Shown piece after piece: positions 27,592 to 38,529 of a DNA stretch of 64,000 nucleotides. The stretch comes from Methanothrix sp. Its GTDB lineage: Archaea > Halobacteriota > Methanosarcinia > Methanotrichales > Methanotrichaceae. Made by a program: the position numbers and the translations under genes. The notes under the pieces are model-generated. The model had not been told where the DNA came from. It ran no database searches and saw nothing but the letters and a program-made list of their open reading frames with translations. Each line of letters opens with the position of its first letter. Position 1 is the stretch's first letter. The stretch spans positions 1 through 64,000 of the forward strand of contig JBAXWY010000007.1 in NCBI GenBank assembly GCA_037128175.1, given 5' to 3'.

Positions 27592-29085
27592 CTACGATCC
27601 AATGATCAGCCTGCCTAACGTCACCAGAAATAGAGCCATAAGCAGCCATCCTACAATGCCCTCCGCAATTCCCAGGTATTTATAATGCCCTCGCAGAGGA
27701 AGCCCTTTTGAATTAGCAGTAAAAGCAATTGTGCTGTAGAAGAGAGAGGCTATCATGAGCTGGTGGCCGTGAATGTCATGAAAGCCTTCCACGCCCCTGC
27801 CGGTCCAATAGATAAAGGAGAAAATAAGAATTATCACCATTCCGCAGAAAAGCGCATAGTGAGGACGCACCCCATAACCGCAGGTGAGCCAGGCCACCGT
27901 ATCCAGAAACTTGGAAAAGCCGACCGGCTTACGAGCCTGATTTAGATATCGATACTCATAATAGCATTCATTGGCATCGTTGCTCTGGCCGAGGTCCTTG
28001 TAATTCTTGATCAACGATAGGTAAGCCGCAGTGTCGAAACTGAGGATGTCCCGTATCTGACTCCAGCTTACTATCAGCCGGTTGATATCTGCTTTGGCCA
28101 GATACAAACGAGATGCTTTGCCAAAGGTTGAGCCATCTAATACCATCCTGACAATCTTTGTGCTATTTAATTTCAGATCGGCGTTAAAAACCGCAAATGA
28201 GAGATCAGTGGGCGCCTGGAATTGTGAATTATCAAAATTTGCATCTTTGCAAAAGACAGTGTCATTGAAGAATACAGGTCCATCGAAGTTGGTACTCAAG
28301 AAGTTGGCCGTGTCGTTGAAGTGAGCTTGAGAAAAGATGGAATCCGCAATAAAGCGGGATCGAGCAAAATCGGCCTGTCCAAAAATCCACGTTTGGAAAA
28401 AGCCTACGCCATTTGAGTATTTTGTTGCATGAAAATCTGCATTCTTCTCCAGTCGCGCATTAGCGAAGGTGCAATAAGTATTAAACTGACTGCCGTAAAA
28501 ATAGACATCTCCAATGCAGCGTGCGGATTCGAAGTTAGCATAAGCACCATTGAACTCCGAGAAGGAAAACTGAGCGTCTCCCATAAATGTAGCATTATAA
28601 AAAGTAGCGAATTTGTCAAACCAGACACTTTCAAAATTAGCTACACGATTGAAATAGGTAAAATCAAAAGTTCCGCTATCAGGAAAGCGAGACATATTGA
28701 AGGTTGCTTCTCCCAGGAAACGAGTCGCATTAAAATTTGCCGCCGTTAGGAATTTTGTTTCATTGAAAATCGCATTTTTTTGGAATGTAGTGTTCTCGAA
28801 ATTCACATCTCCATAAAACGTTACCCCTTTGCAGCTTACATTATCCTTGAATACTGAATTAGTTATCCTCAGGGGATTATATTGATTATTATTTAAAAAT
28901 AAATCGCCCTTGATGATTACTCGGTCAAAAACGGTAAGGCTATTATTTGCATTTGCCATGACCTCTTGGGCTGATATCTCCCTCAGCGAAAAGGATTCCA
29001 GAAAAGGCAACGCATTATCCGAAGCTGCCCCGTTCGCCAATGCCGTTAGAATTATCACCAGCACCAGGAATATCCTCAAGATCAT
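27592..29085 (-). CDS. Pentapeptide-repeat protein with C-terminal 2-TM ion-channel-like domain
   Basis: A.F..A.F repeats; CGYGVRP; YSTIAFT; signal peptide. Confidence 0.85.
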   Translation of the reverse strand: MILRIFLVLVIILTALANGAASDNALPFLESFSLREISAQEVMANANNSLTVFDRVIIKGDLFLNNNQYNPLRITNSVFKDNVSCKGVTFYGDVNFENTTFQKNAIFNETKFLTAANFNATRFLGEATFNMSRFPDSGTFDFTYFNRVANFESVWFDKFATFYNATFMGDAQFSFSEFNGAYANFESARCIGDVYFYGSQFNTYCTFANARLEKNADFHATKYSNGVGFFQTWIFGQADFARSRFIADSIFSQAHFNDTANFLSTNFDGPVFFNDTVFCKDANFDNSQFQAPTDLSFAVFNADLKLNSTKIVRMVLDGSTFGKASRLYLAKADINRLIVSWSQIRDILSFDTAAYLSLIKNYKDLGQSNDANECYYEYRYLNQARKPVGFSKFLDTVAWLTCGYGVRPHYALFCGMVIILIFSFIYWTGRGVEGFHDIHGHQLMIASLFYSTIAFTANSKGLPLRGHYKYLGIAEGIVGWLLMALFLVTLGRLIIGS

Positions 29086-29110
29086 TACTTCACTCAAGCC
29101 TATTATAAAG

Positions 29111-30355
29111 TTAGAGACCCAGTCTAGCTTGCTGGGGCACATTGACACTACCCAGAACCTTCAGCCGATAATCCTGTTGCAATGTAGCCTTGAGCTTACC
29201 AGAGTAAACACTAAGAGTGATCTCTTTGGTCCGACCGTATCTACCCTTGCTGATTACAATCGTATGTAATATACCCAGCATATCCAGCTCTGCAATGAGA
29301 TCCGTTATCCTGCGATGGGTCAAAAAATCGGTCTCAACCAGAGGGCAGAGTTGTTTGTACATGTTGTAAACGGCACTGGTGGTGATATTTCTTGTTCCCT
29401 GCTCCTCTAGTAGAACAATGCTGTAGAGCACCAACTTGGACTGAGTGGGCAGAGTCTTGATTACCTCTTCTACTCGGTCCTGCTCAATCTTTTCGCGAGC
29501 TGAACGCACATGATCCTCGGCTACAATAGCAGAACGGGCTCTTTCAGCTAATTCGCCTGATATGCGGAGGAGATCCAAAGCTTTACGAGCGTCACCATGC
29601 TCTTGGGCCGCAAAAGCAGCACATAATGGTATGACCCCTTCTTGAAGAACACCTGGACTAAAGGAGAGTTTTGCTCTCTGCTCTAGGATGTCTCTAATCT
29701 GCTCGGCATTGTAAGGCGGAAAGATGATCTCATCCTCTCCAAGGGAGCTTTTTACTCTTGGATCGAGAAACTCTGTGAACTTGAGGTCGTTGGATATGCC
29801 GATGATACTAACCTTGGAACGGAGAAGATCGGAGTTAATACGAGAGAGGTTGTAAAGAACGTCGTCTCCCTTTCTCACCAGCTTGTCTACTTCATCCAGC
29901 ATTATCACGACAACCTGTCTCTCTTCATCTACCGCATTTCGAAACTCGGCGTAGACCTGATCTGTGGGCCAGCCAGTCATTGGAATCTCTTTATCAAAGT
30001 GTCTTGCTAAATGAGCTAGAATTCGGTATTGAGTATCTACCACCTCGCAGTTGATGTAGATCACTGTACACTTCATATCTCCAAAACTAGCTTCTTCCAG
30101 CTCTTTTCCCACGTACTTGGCAACTGCAGTTTTGCCGGTACCGGTTTTTCCATAGATGAGAACATTGGAGGGGGTTTCTCCTCTTAATGCAGGAACCAGA
30201 ACAGATGCCAGGCCATTGATCTGCTCGTTTCTGTGAGGCAGTTCACTTGGCGTATAGGTAGGGCGCAGGACATCTCTAGACTGGAATATACCTCCTTGTG
30301 CCAATAAATCAGCAAATAACCCTTTTGAAATAGATATCAAGTTAATTCCCCTCAA
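29111..30355 (-). CDS. cdc6: Orc1/Cdc6 replication initiator
   Basis: GKTGTGKT, LDEVD, HGDARKALDLLR, C-terminal wHTH GRYGRT. Confidence 0.97.
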   Translation of the reverse strand: MRGINLISISKGLFADLLAQGGIFQSRDVLRPTYTPSELPHRNEQINGLASVLVPALRGETPSNVLIYGKTGTGKTAVAKYVGKELEEASFGDMKCTVIYINCEVVDTQYRILAHLARHFDKEIPMTGWPTDQVYAEFRNAVDEERQVVVIMLDEVDKLVRKGDDVLYNLSRINSDLLRSKVSIIGISNDLKFTEFLDPRVKSSLGEDEIIFPPYNAEQIRDILEQRAKLSFSPGVLQEGVIPLCAAFAAQEHGDARKALDLLRISGELAERARSAIVAEDHVRSAREKIEQDRVEEVIKTLPTQSKLVLYSIVLLEEQGTRNITTSAVYNMYKQLCPLVETDFLTHRRITDLIAELDMLGILHTIVISKGRYGRTKEITLSVYSGKLKATLQQDYRLKVLGSVNVPQQARLGL

Positions 30356-30399
30356 ACAATTTTTCTAGGTCTTGGGGGATATTAAGAGTTATGGTAAAC

Positions 30400-30875
30400 A
30401 CCCCTTTATTTCCAGTGGAACTAAGACCCCTCACCCCATGATTTCCAGTGGAATAGAAATAAAAACAGCTTATTTTCTCATGATTGATAATGAAATAAAA
30501 AAGCCTGTTGTATGGTTTATTTTATTTGTATATAAACTTTATTGTAGTAGATTAACATTATTATTACAGGTAATACGGCCAAATTTTTTTTGTAAAACCA
30601 GTTCTAAATTCTAAAGCTCTTTAATTTAGGTTCTAATTGCTGTAGAAAATTGAGCGTCGTAGATCGCGAGATAGGTTCATACTCGTGCTTACATGTAAAA
30701 AATTAAAAGTTAGTTCGCGTAAACCGGTTTACAAAAATCAGCACGCTTAAACTAATTATCGAGAGACCATCTAACTGGAATCGATTGGCTGAAATCGATT
30801 CACATAGATCAGTTAGCAGTCAGCTTGTAAGTTAGCGGACAGGAGGAACTTAGTCTCCAGTGGAAATCATACGGT
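30400..30875. promoter_or_regulatory. Chromosomal replication origin (oriC): ORB boxes flanking AT-rich unwinding element
   Basis: ORBs at 30400-30421 and 30433-30453 (minus), 30855-30875 (plus), TCCASTGGAAAT core with G-string (degenerate in the third); AT-rich 30455-30640; adjacent to cdc6. Confidence 0.85.
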
Positions 30876-30962
30876 CTCTCTCGATCCTTGCTTTTTCTTG
30901 TCGTGGTTGCTTTTTTTTAGGGCCAAAAGGTTACGTATGGCCAGCATATGGAAGCGGAAGCT

Positions 30963-31223
30963 TCAAGCTACGGGTATGGTTTCAAGCTGGCTGGCAACAT
31001 TCCAGATCAAAGTTCTGGTGTGAAGAGGAATATTGGGATCATTGCTTATCTCGTCAAGTATGGAGATGGCAGATGCAGCCTTGATTGCTTCGCTTGTGCT
31101 CTCTTTCATGAGTATAGATTTGACGTTCTCTGCGGAGCGCCTGATGTTTCTTGGTACGGCATCATCGCTCATAATACGTTCTATTACCTCAACGCATTGC
31201 TTAAGGACATTTTCAGCTGTCGT
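30963..31223 (-). CDS. UPF0147 family protein
   Basis: D..VPRNIRR...[19 protein letters not shown]; start inferred at ACG 31223 (track start 31325). Confidence 0.85.
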   Translation of the reverse strand, partial: TTAENVLKQCVEVIERIMSDDAVPRNIRRSAENVKSILMKESTSEAIKAASAISILDEISNDPNIPLHTRTLIWNVASQLETIPVA

Positions 31224-31339
31224 AGAATCACCACCCGTGTTTCTGGGAAAAAGGTTAATGACGATATTCGTCTTAATCAGTTGAGAAGTGATGATATGGT
31301 CGTTGTATTTAAACGTATGTGGCACGTAGGTGATGAGTC

Positions 31340-31750
31340 ATGGATGAGGATGAAGTTCTTAGCAAGATAACCAGGCTTCTGGAGCAGGGTTGCACTATGT
31401 TGGCTACGCATCATGACTGTGGCGCACCTCTTTTTCGTCGCAATGGTGAGGTCGTCTGCCCGGTCTGCTCTTTTGCCGATGAACCTAATTTGCCGGCAAG
31501 AGCGCAGCTTTCTGGCTTATCCGGAGCAGAACTTGACGAAAAATCAAATTTTGATAGTGCACATTTGCAGGATAGTGGGCCGGGTGATGACGACTTAATG
31601 GTCGTAATAGGTAATTTGCGTGCTTCTCTCTTGCACAGGTTACGAGAACTCACTGCAGCTCTGGAAGAAGAACGTGATCTGGATATGCTGAAAAAGCAAC
31701 TGGACTGCCTAGAAGGGTTGCTGCGAGTGTTCCGGTCCTTGCAGGAGTGA
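31340..31750 (+). CDS. UPF0148 / Sjogren's-scleroderma autoantigen family Zn-ribbon protein
   Basis: LLEQGCTMLATHHDCGAPLFR..GEVVCPVC. Confidence 0.85.
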   Translation: MDEDEVLSKITRLLEQGCTMLATHHDCGAPLFRRNGEVVCPVCSFADEPNLPARAQLSGLSGAELDEKSNFDSAHLQDSGPGDDDLMVVIGNLRASLLHRLRELTAALEEERDLDMLKKQLDCLEGLLRVFRSLQE

Positions 31751-31799
31751 TCTCTCATCTCTATGTTTTATACGGGCCCAAATGCCGGGATTTCCCGGT

Positions 31800-31820
31800 C
31801 TCCACTGGAAATAAAGGGGT
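31800..31820 (+). promoter_or_regulatory. Outlying ORB box
   Basis: CTCCACTGGAAATAAAGGGGT, 20-bp inverted match to ORB at 30400. Confidence 0.75.
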
Positions 31821-31827
31821 TGATCAA

Positions 31828-32595
31828 TTGGTAATAAATTTTTTTAGTAAGTGTGGTATACCTTTAATTTTATTTCCTCTTATCCTGGCATTGTTCTCTA
31901 TGACGGGTTGTCTGGAGAAGGTTCCCGAGCTCTCTGTGACGCCTTCTGTGCCACAGGATCAACCGGCAATGCAGATGGATTTTGATGCTGAATTGAGTAG
32001 CAACCTTTTGGATGTGCGAGGCAATATTATGCTCCCTGGCAATAGCTCGCTTGCTTATCTCATGCTCAATGCCACTCTTTGTCAGGGAGAAAGAGCGCAA
32101 TTTAACACAAAATACCTGCTGATGCAGATCGATCCTAACCGGGATTACAGCTTTGAGATCACCAAGAATGTAAAAATTCCGGCTGGGGAATATGATTGTA
32201 TTTTAGAGGCAAATGGTCCACAAGGCGTTTTGGCGAAAGAAAGCAGGAAAATCAGCCTTGCGTCCGGACAAAAGCCGGTATTCGAGCAGGTACCATGGCC
32301 GGTGGAGCTGGATGAAAAAGTCTCCGAAGAAAAGAATGAGGAAGTTTTGCCCAAAGAGGAGAGCATTGTGCAAAAAGAGATCCCCAATGATGCGGCAGGA
32401 AAGAAGGATCCCGTCGCGATGGCAGGCAAGGAGAGTGAGAATGGCAAGTTTATGGGCAGCATAACCTCGAAAAAGTACCATCGTTTGGACTGTCGCTATG
32501 CTCTCAAAATAAAGCCGGAGAACCGCATCTACTTCCAGAGTATTGAGGACGCAAAGGTGCAGGGCTATCTTCCCTGTAAGACTTGCTCTCCGTGA
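31828..32595 (+). CDS. Lipoprotein with C-terminal Ada-type metal-binding domain
   Basis: Lipobox-like MTGC; GS..SKKYHRLDC...GYLPCKTCSP. Confidence 0.8.
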   Translation: MVINFFSKCGIPLILFPLILALFSMTGCLEKVPELSVTPSVPQDQPAMQMDFDAELSSNLLDVRGNIMLPGNSSLAYLMLNATLCQGERAQFNTKYLLMQIDPNRDYSFEITKNVKIPAGEYDCILEANGPQGVLAKESRKISLASGQKPVFEQVPWPVELDEKVSEEKNEEVLPKEESIVQKEIPNDAAGKKDPVAMAGKESENGKFMGSITSKKYHRLDCRYALKIKPENRIYFQSIEDAKVQGYLPCKTCSP

Positions 32596-32629
32596 ACCTT
32601 TCTCCCGGCCTCGCGATCTGCCTGATCTG

Positions 32630-33202
32630 TTAGAATTCGCCTATGAAAACGCAGGACAGGCCGGGAGCCTGGGGCGGGCAGGCAGTATTGGCCCGATAGA
32701 TCTTCTCCTCCGGATAGCCGAGGTCGGTGAGAGCGGCCACATCTCTATGCAGGCCCTTCAATTCCAGATATTGGCAGAGCCCGGGCAGGTTTGTGCCGTC
32801 ATCCGTAAGCAAAAAGACGCATTTTCCCCGGCTTAGTTCAAAGGCTATGGCGTCAGAATCCAAGCTGCGGCCGTGAACCGTGATGGGAACCACTTTGGTC
32901 AGACTGATTTTTAAGCGGGCACAGGCCACTTGCAGGCTGGAGATGCCGGGGATTACCGTACCTTTGAGATATCCCAGGCCAGAGAGCATGGGATCGCCAG
33001 TGCTTAAAACCACTGTGTCTTCGGGAAGACTGTGTAGCTTCTTATAGTCCTCAATGACTCTGACTGTGCATCCTGGATTTATGTGCTCTATGACCAGATC
33101 GATGGCTCTCTTTGATCCGTAGATGAGCCTAGCCTTTTCTACGGCCTGTGCGGCCTGTGCGGTCAGCATCTGTGGGCCGGCGCCTACTCCTACTATGATC
33201 AT
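32630..33202 (-). CDS. cbiE: Cobalt-precorrin-7 C5-methyltransferase
   Basis: IVGVGAGP, LSTGDPMLSG, PGISSLQ, DLGYPEE. Confidence 0.9.
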   Translation of the reverse strand: MIIVGVGAGPQMLTAQAAQAVEKARLIYGSKRAIDLVIEHINPGCTVRVIEDYKKLHSLPEDTVVLSTGDPMLSGLGYLKGTVIPGISSLQVACARLKISLTKVVPITVHGRSLDSDAIAFELSRGKCVFLLTDDGTNLPGLCQYLELKGLHRDVAALTDLGYPEEKIYRANTACPPQAPGLSCVFIGEF

Positions 33203-33276
33203 AATATTGCCTGCTCCATAATTTACCTAATTTCTCTTGTTTTATAATTTACTTATTAACCAATAAAAATTCTCCG

Positions 33277-34320
33277 TTATGGCACATCTCTGAGTATGCT
33301 TCCATCTTTGTGCAGCAGAACGATGCGCGTTTCAGGCAGTTTTTCTCTGGCCATTTGCAGAGCCTTGGCGATGTTAGGATGCTGCGGTTCTATCTCTACC
33401 ATCTCGGCCACTGTGCCGTAATCGGTTTCATCCAGGATCTGGGGCCAGGCCCATTTGAGAATGAGGGCGGGCAGCCCGCAGAGGATGCTCTCCTGGTCTT
33501 TTTCAAATGCCAGCCGGCGTAGCTGGCTTCCCATAAGCACAGCTTTGTGTTCGGGAAAGATAATGCGGCTAAACTTTAGGCCCGTTCTGCCTGTGGTGAC
33601 GAGCACCTTCTTGGCCCCTTTCAGTTCCTGGGCCCGATCGTCGATGAAGTGATCATTCCAGGGTTCCACAAATCCAGTCGAGCCCAGGATGGAAATACCT
33701 CCCACTATGCCCAGGCGGGGGTTGAGGGTCTTATTGGCCAGATCGACGCCTCTGGGAATTGACAGCTCCACCTCTGCCCCTTTCAGGCCCGTCTCCTGCA
33801 GCGCCTGCCTGATGGCCAACATGATCTGTTTTCGGGCCGACGGGCTGATGGCGGGTCTTCCCACCTCGTCGCATAGCCCCCTGGCTAAAATCCTGCCTAC
33901 TCCTTTTCCTGCGACAAGAGTTGTCTCCTCTGACGATCTGGCCGAAGCCGCAATCTCCAGTCCGGCTGTGACATCGAATTGATGATCTCCGCCATCTTTA
34001 ACGGCTATGCAAAAGCCCCTCTTGGCAACGATCGGCAAAGAGACGCTGATGCCGGCCGGGGTCGCGACCTTTGTGGTTTGGACCGATCCTTTCAGGGAGA
34101 GGACGGCTCCCTTGCAGGCAGCTGCTGCGGTCGTTCCTGTGGTCAGGCCGCGTCTGCAAAGAAGGCCGCTGGAGAGAATGACCCACCTGCCGCTTTGGAT
34201 CTTTTGCAGAGCCTCTGGATCGGAGCTGAGCCTGATCCAGGAAGGGGGAATGGCAAAGCCTGTGACTGGATCCTTTACGGGATTGGCGAATGTGTCAGTG
34301 CATGGCTCGAGCATAGGCAT
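33277..34320 (-). CDS. cbiD: Cobalt-precorrin-5B C1-methyltransferase
   Basis: GLTTGTTAAAA, KDGGD, TLNPRLGIVGGISILGSTG. Confidence 0.95.
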   Translation of the reverse strand: MPMLEPCTDTFANPVKDPVTGFAIPPSWIRLSSDPEALQKIQSGRWVILSSGLLCRRGLTTGTTAAAACKGAVLSLKGSVQTTKVATPAGISVSLPIVAKRGFCIAVKDGGDHQFDVTAGLEIAASARSSEETTLVAGKGVGRILARGLCDEVGRPAISPSARKQIMLAIRQALQETGLKGAEVELSIPRGVDLANKTLNPRLGIVGGISILGSTGFVEPWNDHFIDDRAQELKGAKKVLVTTGRTGLKFSRIIFPEHKAVLMGSQLRRLAFEKDQESILCGLPALILKWAWPQILDETDYGTVAEMVEIEPQHPNIAKALQMAREKLPETRIVLLHKDGSILRDVP

Positions 34321-34927
34321 TTATGATCTCGTTTATGGCCGCGACGGCGATGGGAGTGCCTCCGCGCGTGCCTGCCGTAGATATGGACGGTACATCGATC
34401 TCTCTTAGTCTCTCCTTGCTTTCCGCTGCATTGACAAAGCCCACGGCAGCGCCTATGACCAGTCGCGGCAAGACCTTTCCCGACTCGATGAGGTCGCACA
34501 AGGTTAGCAGAGCGGATGGAGCATTTCCTATTACTATTATGGAGCCGGAGAGCTTCTCCTGCAAGGCCATGACCCCGGCTGAGGTGCGGGTAATACCCTG
34601 CGCCACCGCGATCGCATCTCCCTGGCCGATGAAGGCCTCAATGAGGCTAGTATGCCCCTTCTTTAAAACCCCCGCTTGCACCATCTTTATGTCCACGAAA
34701 ATGGGCGCACCCATCTTCAGAGCCAGCAGGCCTGCCTCGCCGGGCCGGTCATGAAATCTTAAAATCTCGGCCACGCTGGGATCACCGGTTGCAATGACGC
34801 ATCTCTGCTTGATCCGATCTTCCAGTGTGCCGTCTCCAATCATCTCCGAAATGATCCGCCTGCTCTTTCTGCTTATTTCCAGGGCCTCGGGGGTTGTAGC
34901 CCCAATATCCGTGTAATCTTCCATCAT
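34295..34927 (-). CDS. cbiC: Precorrin-8X methylmutase
   Basis: TRTSAG, IGNAPSAL, VGFVNAAESKE, RGGTPIA. Confidence 0.95.
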   Translation of the reverse strand: MMEDYTDIGATTPEALEISRKSRRIISEMIGDGTLEDRIKQRCVIATGDPSVAEILRFHDRPGEAGLLALKMGAPIFVDIKMVQAGVLKKGHTSLIEAFIGQGDAIAVAQGITRTSAGVMALQEKLSGSIIVIGNAPSALLTLCDLIESGKVLPRLVIGAAVGFVNAAESKERLREIDVPSISTAGTRGGTPIAVAAINEIINAYARAMH

Positions 34928-34948
34928 GGGAAATCAGCTCGAATGACT

Positions 34949-36349
34949 CTAGTAGCTGTATTTGCTCTCATATCCTCGTTTGGTGATTATCCTTCCTTCT
35001 TCAATGTAGGAATTGGCTGAGGCGACCAGAAGTGTGTTGCGAAAACCGGCCGGCTTGGCGGCCAACAGATCCTCTGCTGTGAGAATCATAGTATTTTCTC
35101 CCTCTCGGGCCACATCCTGGGCCAAAACAACTGGCCTCATCGGATCGACCTCTTCCAGCAGATGGGCAATTTCCTGCCCTTTTACATTGTAGGCCACCAC
35201 GGCAAAGCCGGCACCTGCCAGCGCTGAAAGGCTTGCCGGATCATGGGCCGAGGAGAGTAGGGCGAAGTCGTTAACCAGCGGCGCGCCAGCTCTTGCGGCC
35301 ACAGAGGAAAAAGCGCTCACTCCGGGAGAGATGTGCACGGGCAGATCGGCCTGATCCAGGATTCTCCAGCCGGAGCTGAAGATGCAGGGGTCGCCGCCCG
35401 TGAGGATGGATGCCTTGCCGCCGGCCCCGGCAACCTGGACTGCTTCTTTTTGGCGGGCGGCCATTCTCTCCGGGCAGGGGCCGCTGTGAGTGACCTTCTG
35501 GGCAGAAGTGAGATCCCCAATCAATTGCAGGTATCTATTTGCACCGTAGATCTTCTGCGAGTCTTGTAAGATACTCAGAGCTTCCTGGGTCAGGTTGCCG
35601 GGATCGCCCGGGCCGATGCCCACCAGGTTTATGGCTGCCTGCGGGGCTGCCTTTCCTCGGAAAGTGCCCCGGCCAAGGATGATGACCAGGGAGGTCATAT
35701 TGATCCTCTCTCGCAGGCTTTCTTCCGCCAGCAGCTTTTCTGAGCTGGTGTAAAAGATCTCTTCTGCATCGCGACCGACGTTTTTTGCCACCAGGACATC
35801 TCTGGGCCCGCAAATGTCTAAAGCTCGTAGGAGCTGCCAGTCTCGCCTCTTGCTTTTGGGATTGTAGAGAGCCACAGGCATCTGTGTCTTTGCAGCCAGG
35901 CGTAGGCGCCCTTCGATCTCTGACCAGGGTGTGAGCAGATCGCTGAGGCTGATCACGGCCACGCACTCCCGGAAGGCCAGACCAGCGTGGCAGGAAGCTG
36001 CGGTAAACGAGGTGACTCCGGGCACAATCTCGACCGCAAAAGGCCGTTTGGCCAGCTCCAGGCCGAGACCGGCCATGCCGTAGACATTGGGGTCCCCGCT
36101 GCTCACCAGGGCTACCGACCCCTTTTCCTGGAGGTCAACCGCTGCTGCGACTCTATCCACCTCTTTTCCCATGCTGCTGGAGAAGACCTGCTTTCCCGGC
36201 AAGAGATCGCTGATCAGTTCCAGATAAGGTTTGTAGCCGACCACGAAGTCTGCCGAGAGGATGGCCCGCGTTGCGGCAGCGGTGCGAAGCCTGGGCGAAC
36301 CGGGGCCGATGCCCACGATGGATAGTTTGTGTCTACTCACCGATGGCAA
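34949..36349 (-). CDS. cbiH: Precorrin-3B C17-methyltransferase with two methylase domains
   Basis: Two VGIGPG / GDP motifs; ISLSDLLTPW; LYNP; ITKRGY. Confidence 0.9.
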   Translation of the reverse strand: MPSVSRHKLSIVGIGPGSPRLRTAAATRAILSADFVVGYKPYLELISDLLPGKQVFSSSMGKEVDRVAAAVDLQEKGSVALVSSGDPNVYGMAGLGLELAKRPFAVEIVPGVTSFTAASCHAGLAFRECVAVISLSDLLTPWSEIEGRLRLAAKTQMPVALYNPKSKRRDWQLLRALDICGPRDVLVAKNVGRDAEEIFYTSSEKLLAEESLRERINMTSLVIILGRGTFRGKAAPQAAINLVGIGPGDPGNLTQEALSILQDSQKIYGANRYLQLIGDLTSAQKVTHSGPCPERMAARQKEAVQVAGAGGKASILTGGDPCIFSSGWRILDQADLPVHISPGVSAFSSVAARAGAPLVNDFALLSSAHDPASLSALAGAGFAVVAYNVKGQEIAHLLEEVDPMRPVVLAQDVAREGENTMILTAEDLLAAKPAGFRNTLLVASANSYIEEGRIITKRGYESKYSY

Positions 36350-37229
36350 CTGTTACCCTCCCGTAGGCTTTCTTGGCAAAAATGAGCTTTGTGGCCAGGG
36401 CCAGGACGGACGGCTCGGCCACGCCGTTAAGGCCCAGGTCGCGGGCCCGGGAAGGGGTGCCTGGTGCTTGAGAATTGAGCGCCTCCTTTGAGAGGCAAAT
36501 CATTTCTTTCCCCAAAATGCCGGCTGCCTGCAACATGCCCTCTTCCTCGCTCTTCAGCCAGGCGGTGGCCAGGATGGCGATCTCCTCGCGCCTTCTGCCT
36601 GTCTCTTTTAGTGCTTCATCAATGGCCTGCAGCACTTCCGAAGCAGAGACGCCCTTTCTGGCGCCGATCCCGATAACCAGGCCCTTCGTTTTCAAGACGG
36701 CCACATCCTCATCCACTACTACAATCTTGGGCCCCTTCAGCCTTAAAACGGGAACATCTTCTTTGAGGAAGGCCAGGTTGACGGCTTTGGAGGACTCTTT
36801 GTTGACGACGGTGGCGTTAAGGCGCGTTGCCATCTCTTCCAGGCAGGGCCGGCCGGAGGTGTCGGTGGCGGTGGTGACGGCGGCAAAAAGGCCCAGGCCG
36901 GCGGCAAGGAAGCGGGCCATTTCATTGGCTCCGTGATGTCCTCCCACAACTGGCACGGCACAGGAGAGAGAGGAATCTACGGCCACCACGGGCCGGTCCG
37001 TCCACTTATCCATAAGGCGAGGGCAAAGCATTCGCACAACGATTCCTACCGCCATGACCGCTATCAATAGCTCATATCTCTCCAGCATCATCTCCAATTT
37101 CTCTTTCTCGTAAAGGATAATGGTAGGAGAGTAGCGCTCCTGCAAAGCTTCGGCTATCTTCTCCGCTTTCTCCCTGTCCCTGGAAAAGACAAGAATGGCT
37201 ACTGATTTTTGTGCTACCGATCTCTGTAT
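36333..37229 (-). CDS. cbiG: Cobalt-precorrin-5A hydrolase
   Basis: [32 protein letters not shown]; homology-like sequence extends upstream of track start 37145 to an ATA at 37229. Confidence 0.9.
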   Translation of the reverse strand: MQRSVAQKSVAILVFSRDREKAEKIAEALQERYSPTIILYEKEKLEMMLERYELLIAVMAVGIVVRMLCPRLMDKWTDRPVVAVDSSLSCAVPVVGGHHGANEMARFLAAGLGLFAAVTTATDTSGRPCLEEMATRLNATVVNKESSKAVNLAFLKEDVPVLRLKGPKIVVVDEDVAVLKTKGLVIGIGARKGVSASEVLQAIDEALKETGRRREEIAILATAWLKSEEEGMLQAAGILGKEMICLSKEALNSQAPGTPSRARDLGLNGVAEPSVLALATKLIFAKKAYGRVTVAIGE

Positions 37230-37924
37230 AGGTGAGACCTCCGAAATCCGGTTCTTGTCACCACGCCGCCCACCAAGATGAGGGCGCTCTTGCTTATGCC
37301 TGCCGCCTCTACCTTTTGAGCGATATCAGCCAGGGTTCCCTGCAGCACTATCTCATCCGGCCAGGAGGCATGATAGACCACGGCGACAGGTGTGTCGCCG
37401 GGGCGGTCCAGGTTATCGACAATGTCTCGTATCTTATCGATGCCCAGGAATATGGCCATAGTAGTATTATGTCGGCTTAGAGCGGCCAGTTCGTCCTTCT
37501 CCAGGGTGGTGCCGGCGGGCCGGGTCACAATCAAGGACTCTGATACTCCTTTCAGAGTGAGCTGCGTTTTCAATGCCGCAGCCGAGGCAAAGAGGGAGGA
37601 GACGCCGGGCACGACCTCCACCTCCACACCCGCTTCTTCCAGCGGCTTCATCTGCTCGAGTATAGCGCCGTAAAGCGACGGATCGCCGCTGTGCAGCCGC
37701 ACCACCTTCCGGCCCTCCTCTAGGGCAGCGATGATGCGGGCCGTGGTCGCCTCCAGGGAGACGCCGTTGCTGTCCAGCGTCTCCGCCTTCAGTCCTTCCA
37801 GGAGAGCGGGATTGACCAGAGAGCCGGCATAAACCACCAGGTCCGCCTCCGCGAGCAATCTTTTGCCCTTGACGGTGATGAGATCCACATCTCCTGGGCC
37901 CGCTCCCACAAAGTACAGCTTCAT
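37214..37924 (-). CDS. cbiF: Cobalt-precorrin-4 C11-methyltransferase
   Basis: [37 protein letters not shown]. Confidence 0.95.
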   Translation of the reverse strand: MKLYFVGAGPGDVDLITVKGKRLLAEADLVVYAGSLVNPALLEGLKAETLDSNGVSLEATTARIIAALEEGRKVVRLHSGDPSLYGAILEQMKPLEEAGVEVEVVPGVSSLFASAAALKTQLTLKGVSESLIVTRPAGTTLEKDELAALSRHNTTMAIFLGIDKIRDIVDNLDRPGDTPVAVVYHASWPDEIVLQGTLADIAQKVEAAGISKSALILVGGVVTRTGFRRSHLYRDR

Positions 37925-38529
37925 CTCCGCCTCCGGGCTAAGAGAACGGAAAAGTAGTCGCTTTTTTCCGGCATCTTATCTCGGATGATCCTCTCCTGGG
38001 GCGTGCAGAGCATCGTTCCCAGCACAAATTCATCAAAACCCCTGGCACGAAGCTCTTCGGCCAGCTTCTTTGGTCGGGTGGCCTTTATCCTGATGACCGT
38101 TTGCAGAGGCGAGCCGTCCGAGACCTCAAAGGATCCTTCCAGGGGAGCGGCAAAGCGCGAGGCGAGGGTGGGCACCACGCCTACTCCAGGAATGGTCTCT
38201 ATCTCAATCTGGGGATGGTGCTGCCGGATCACCCTATCCAGGTGGCTGAAGGTGGAGAAGGTATTGACATCCCCAATGCAGGCAAAGCCAGCGCAACCCT
38301 CGGCAGCCGCCGTCGCTACTGTGTCGGCATTCTTGCGCCAGATTTTCTCCAGCTCCTCTTTATCCTCAATCATGGGAAACTGCAAGATCTCTGGTTCGCA
38401 GTAGGCCCTGGCCAGCTCTGCCGCCATCTCTCCCGGCACAAAGACCTTTGTGCAACTCTTCAGGGCTGCTGCTGCCTTAAATGTCATAAGCCCCGGGTCT
38501 CCCGGGCCAAGGCTGATGCCAATCAACAT
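37921..38529 (-). CDS. cbiL: Cobalt-factor II C20-methyltransferase
   Basis: LGPGDP.LMT, GD...FSTF, DYFS. Confidence 0.9.
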   Translation of the reverse strand: MLIGISLGPGDPGLMTFKAAAALKSCTKVFVPGEMAAELARAYCEPEILQFPMIEDKEELEKIWRKNADTVATAAAEGCAGFACIGDVNTFSTFSHLDRVIRQHHPQIEIETIPGVGVVPTLASRFAAPLEGSFEVSDGSPLQTVIRIKATRPKKLAEELRARGFDEFVLGTMLCTPQERIIRDKMPEKSDYFSVLLARRRR

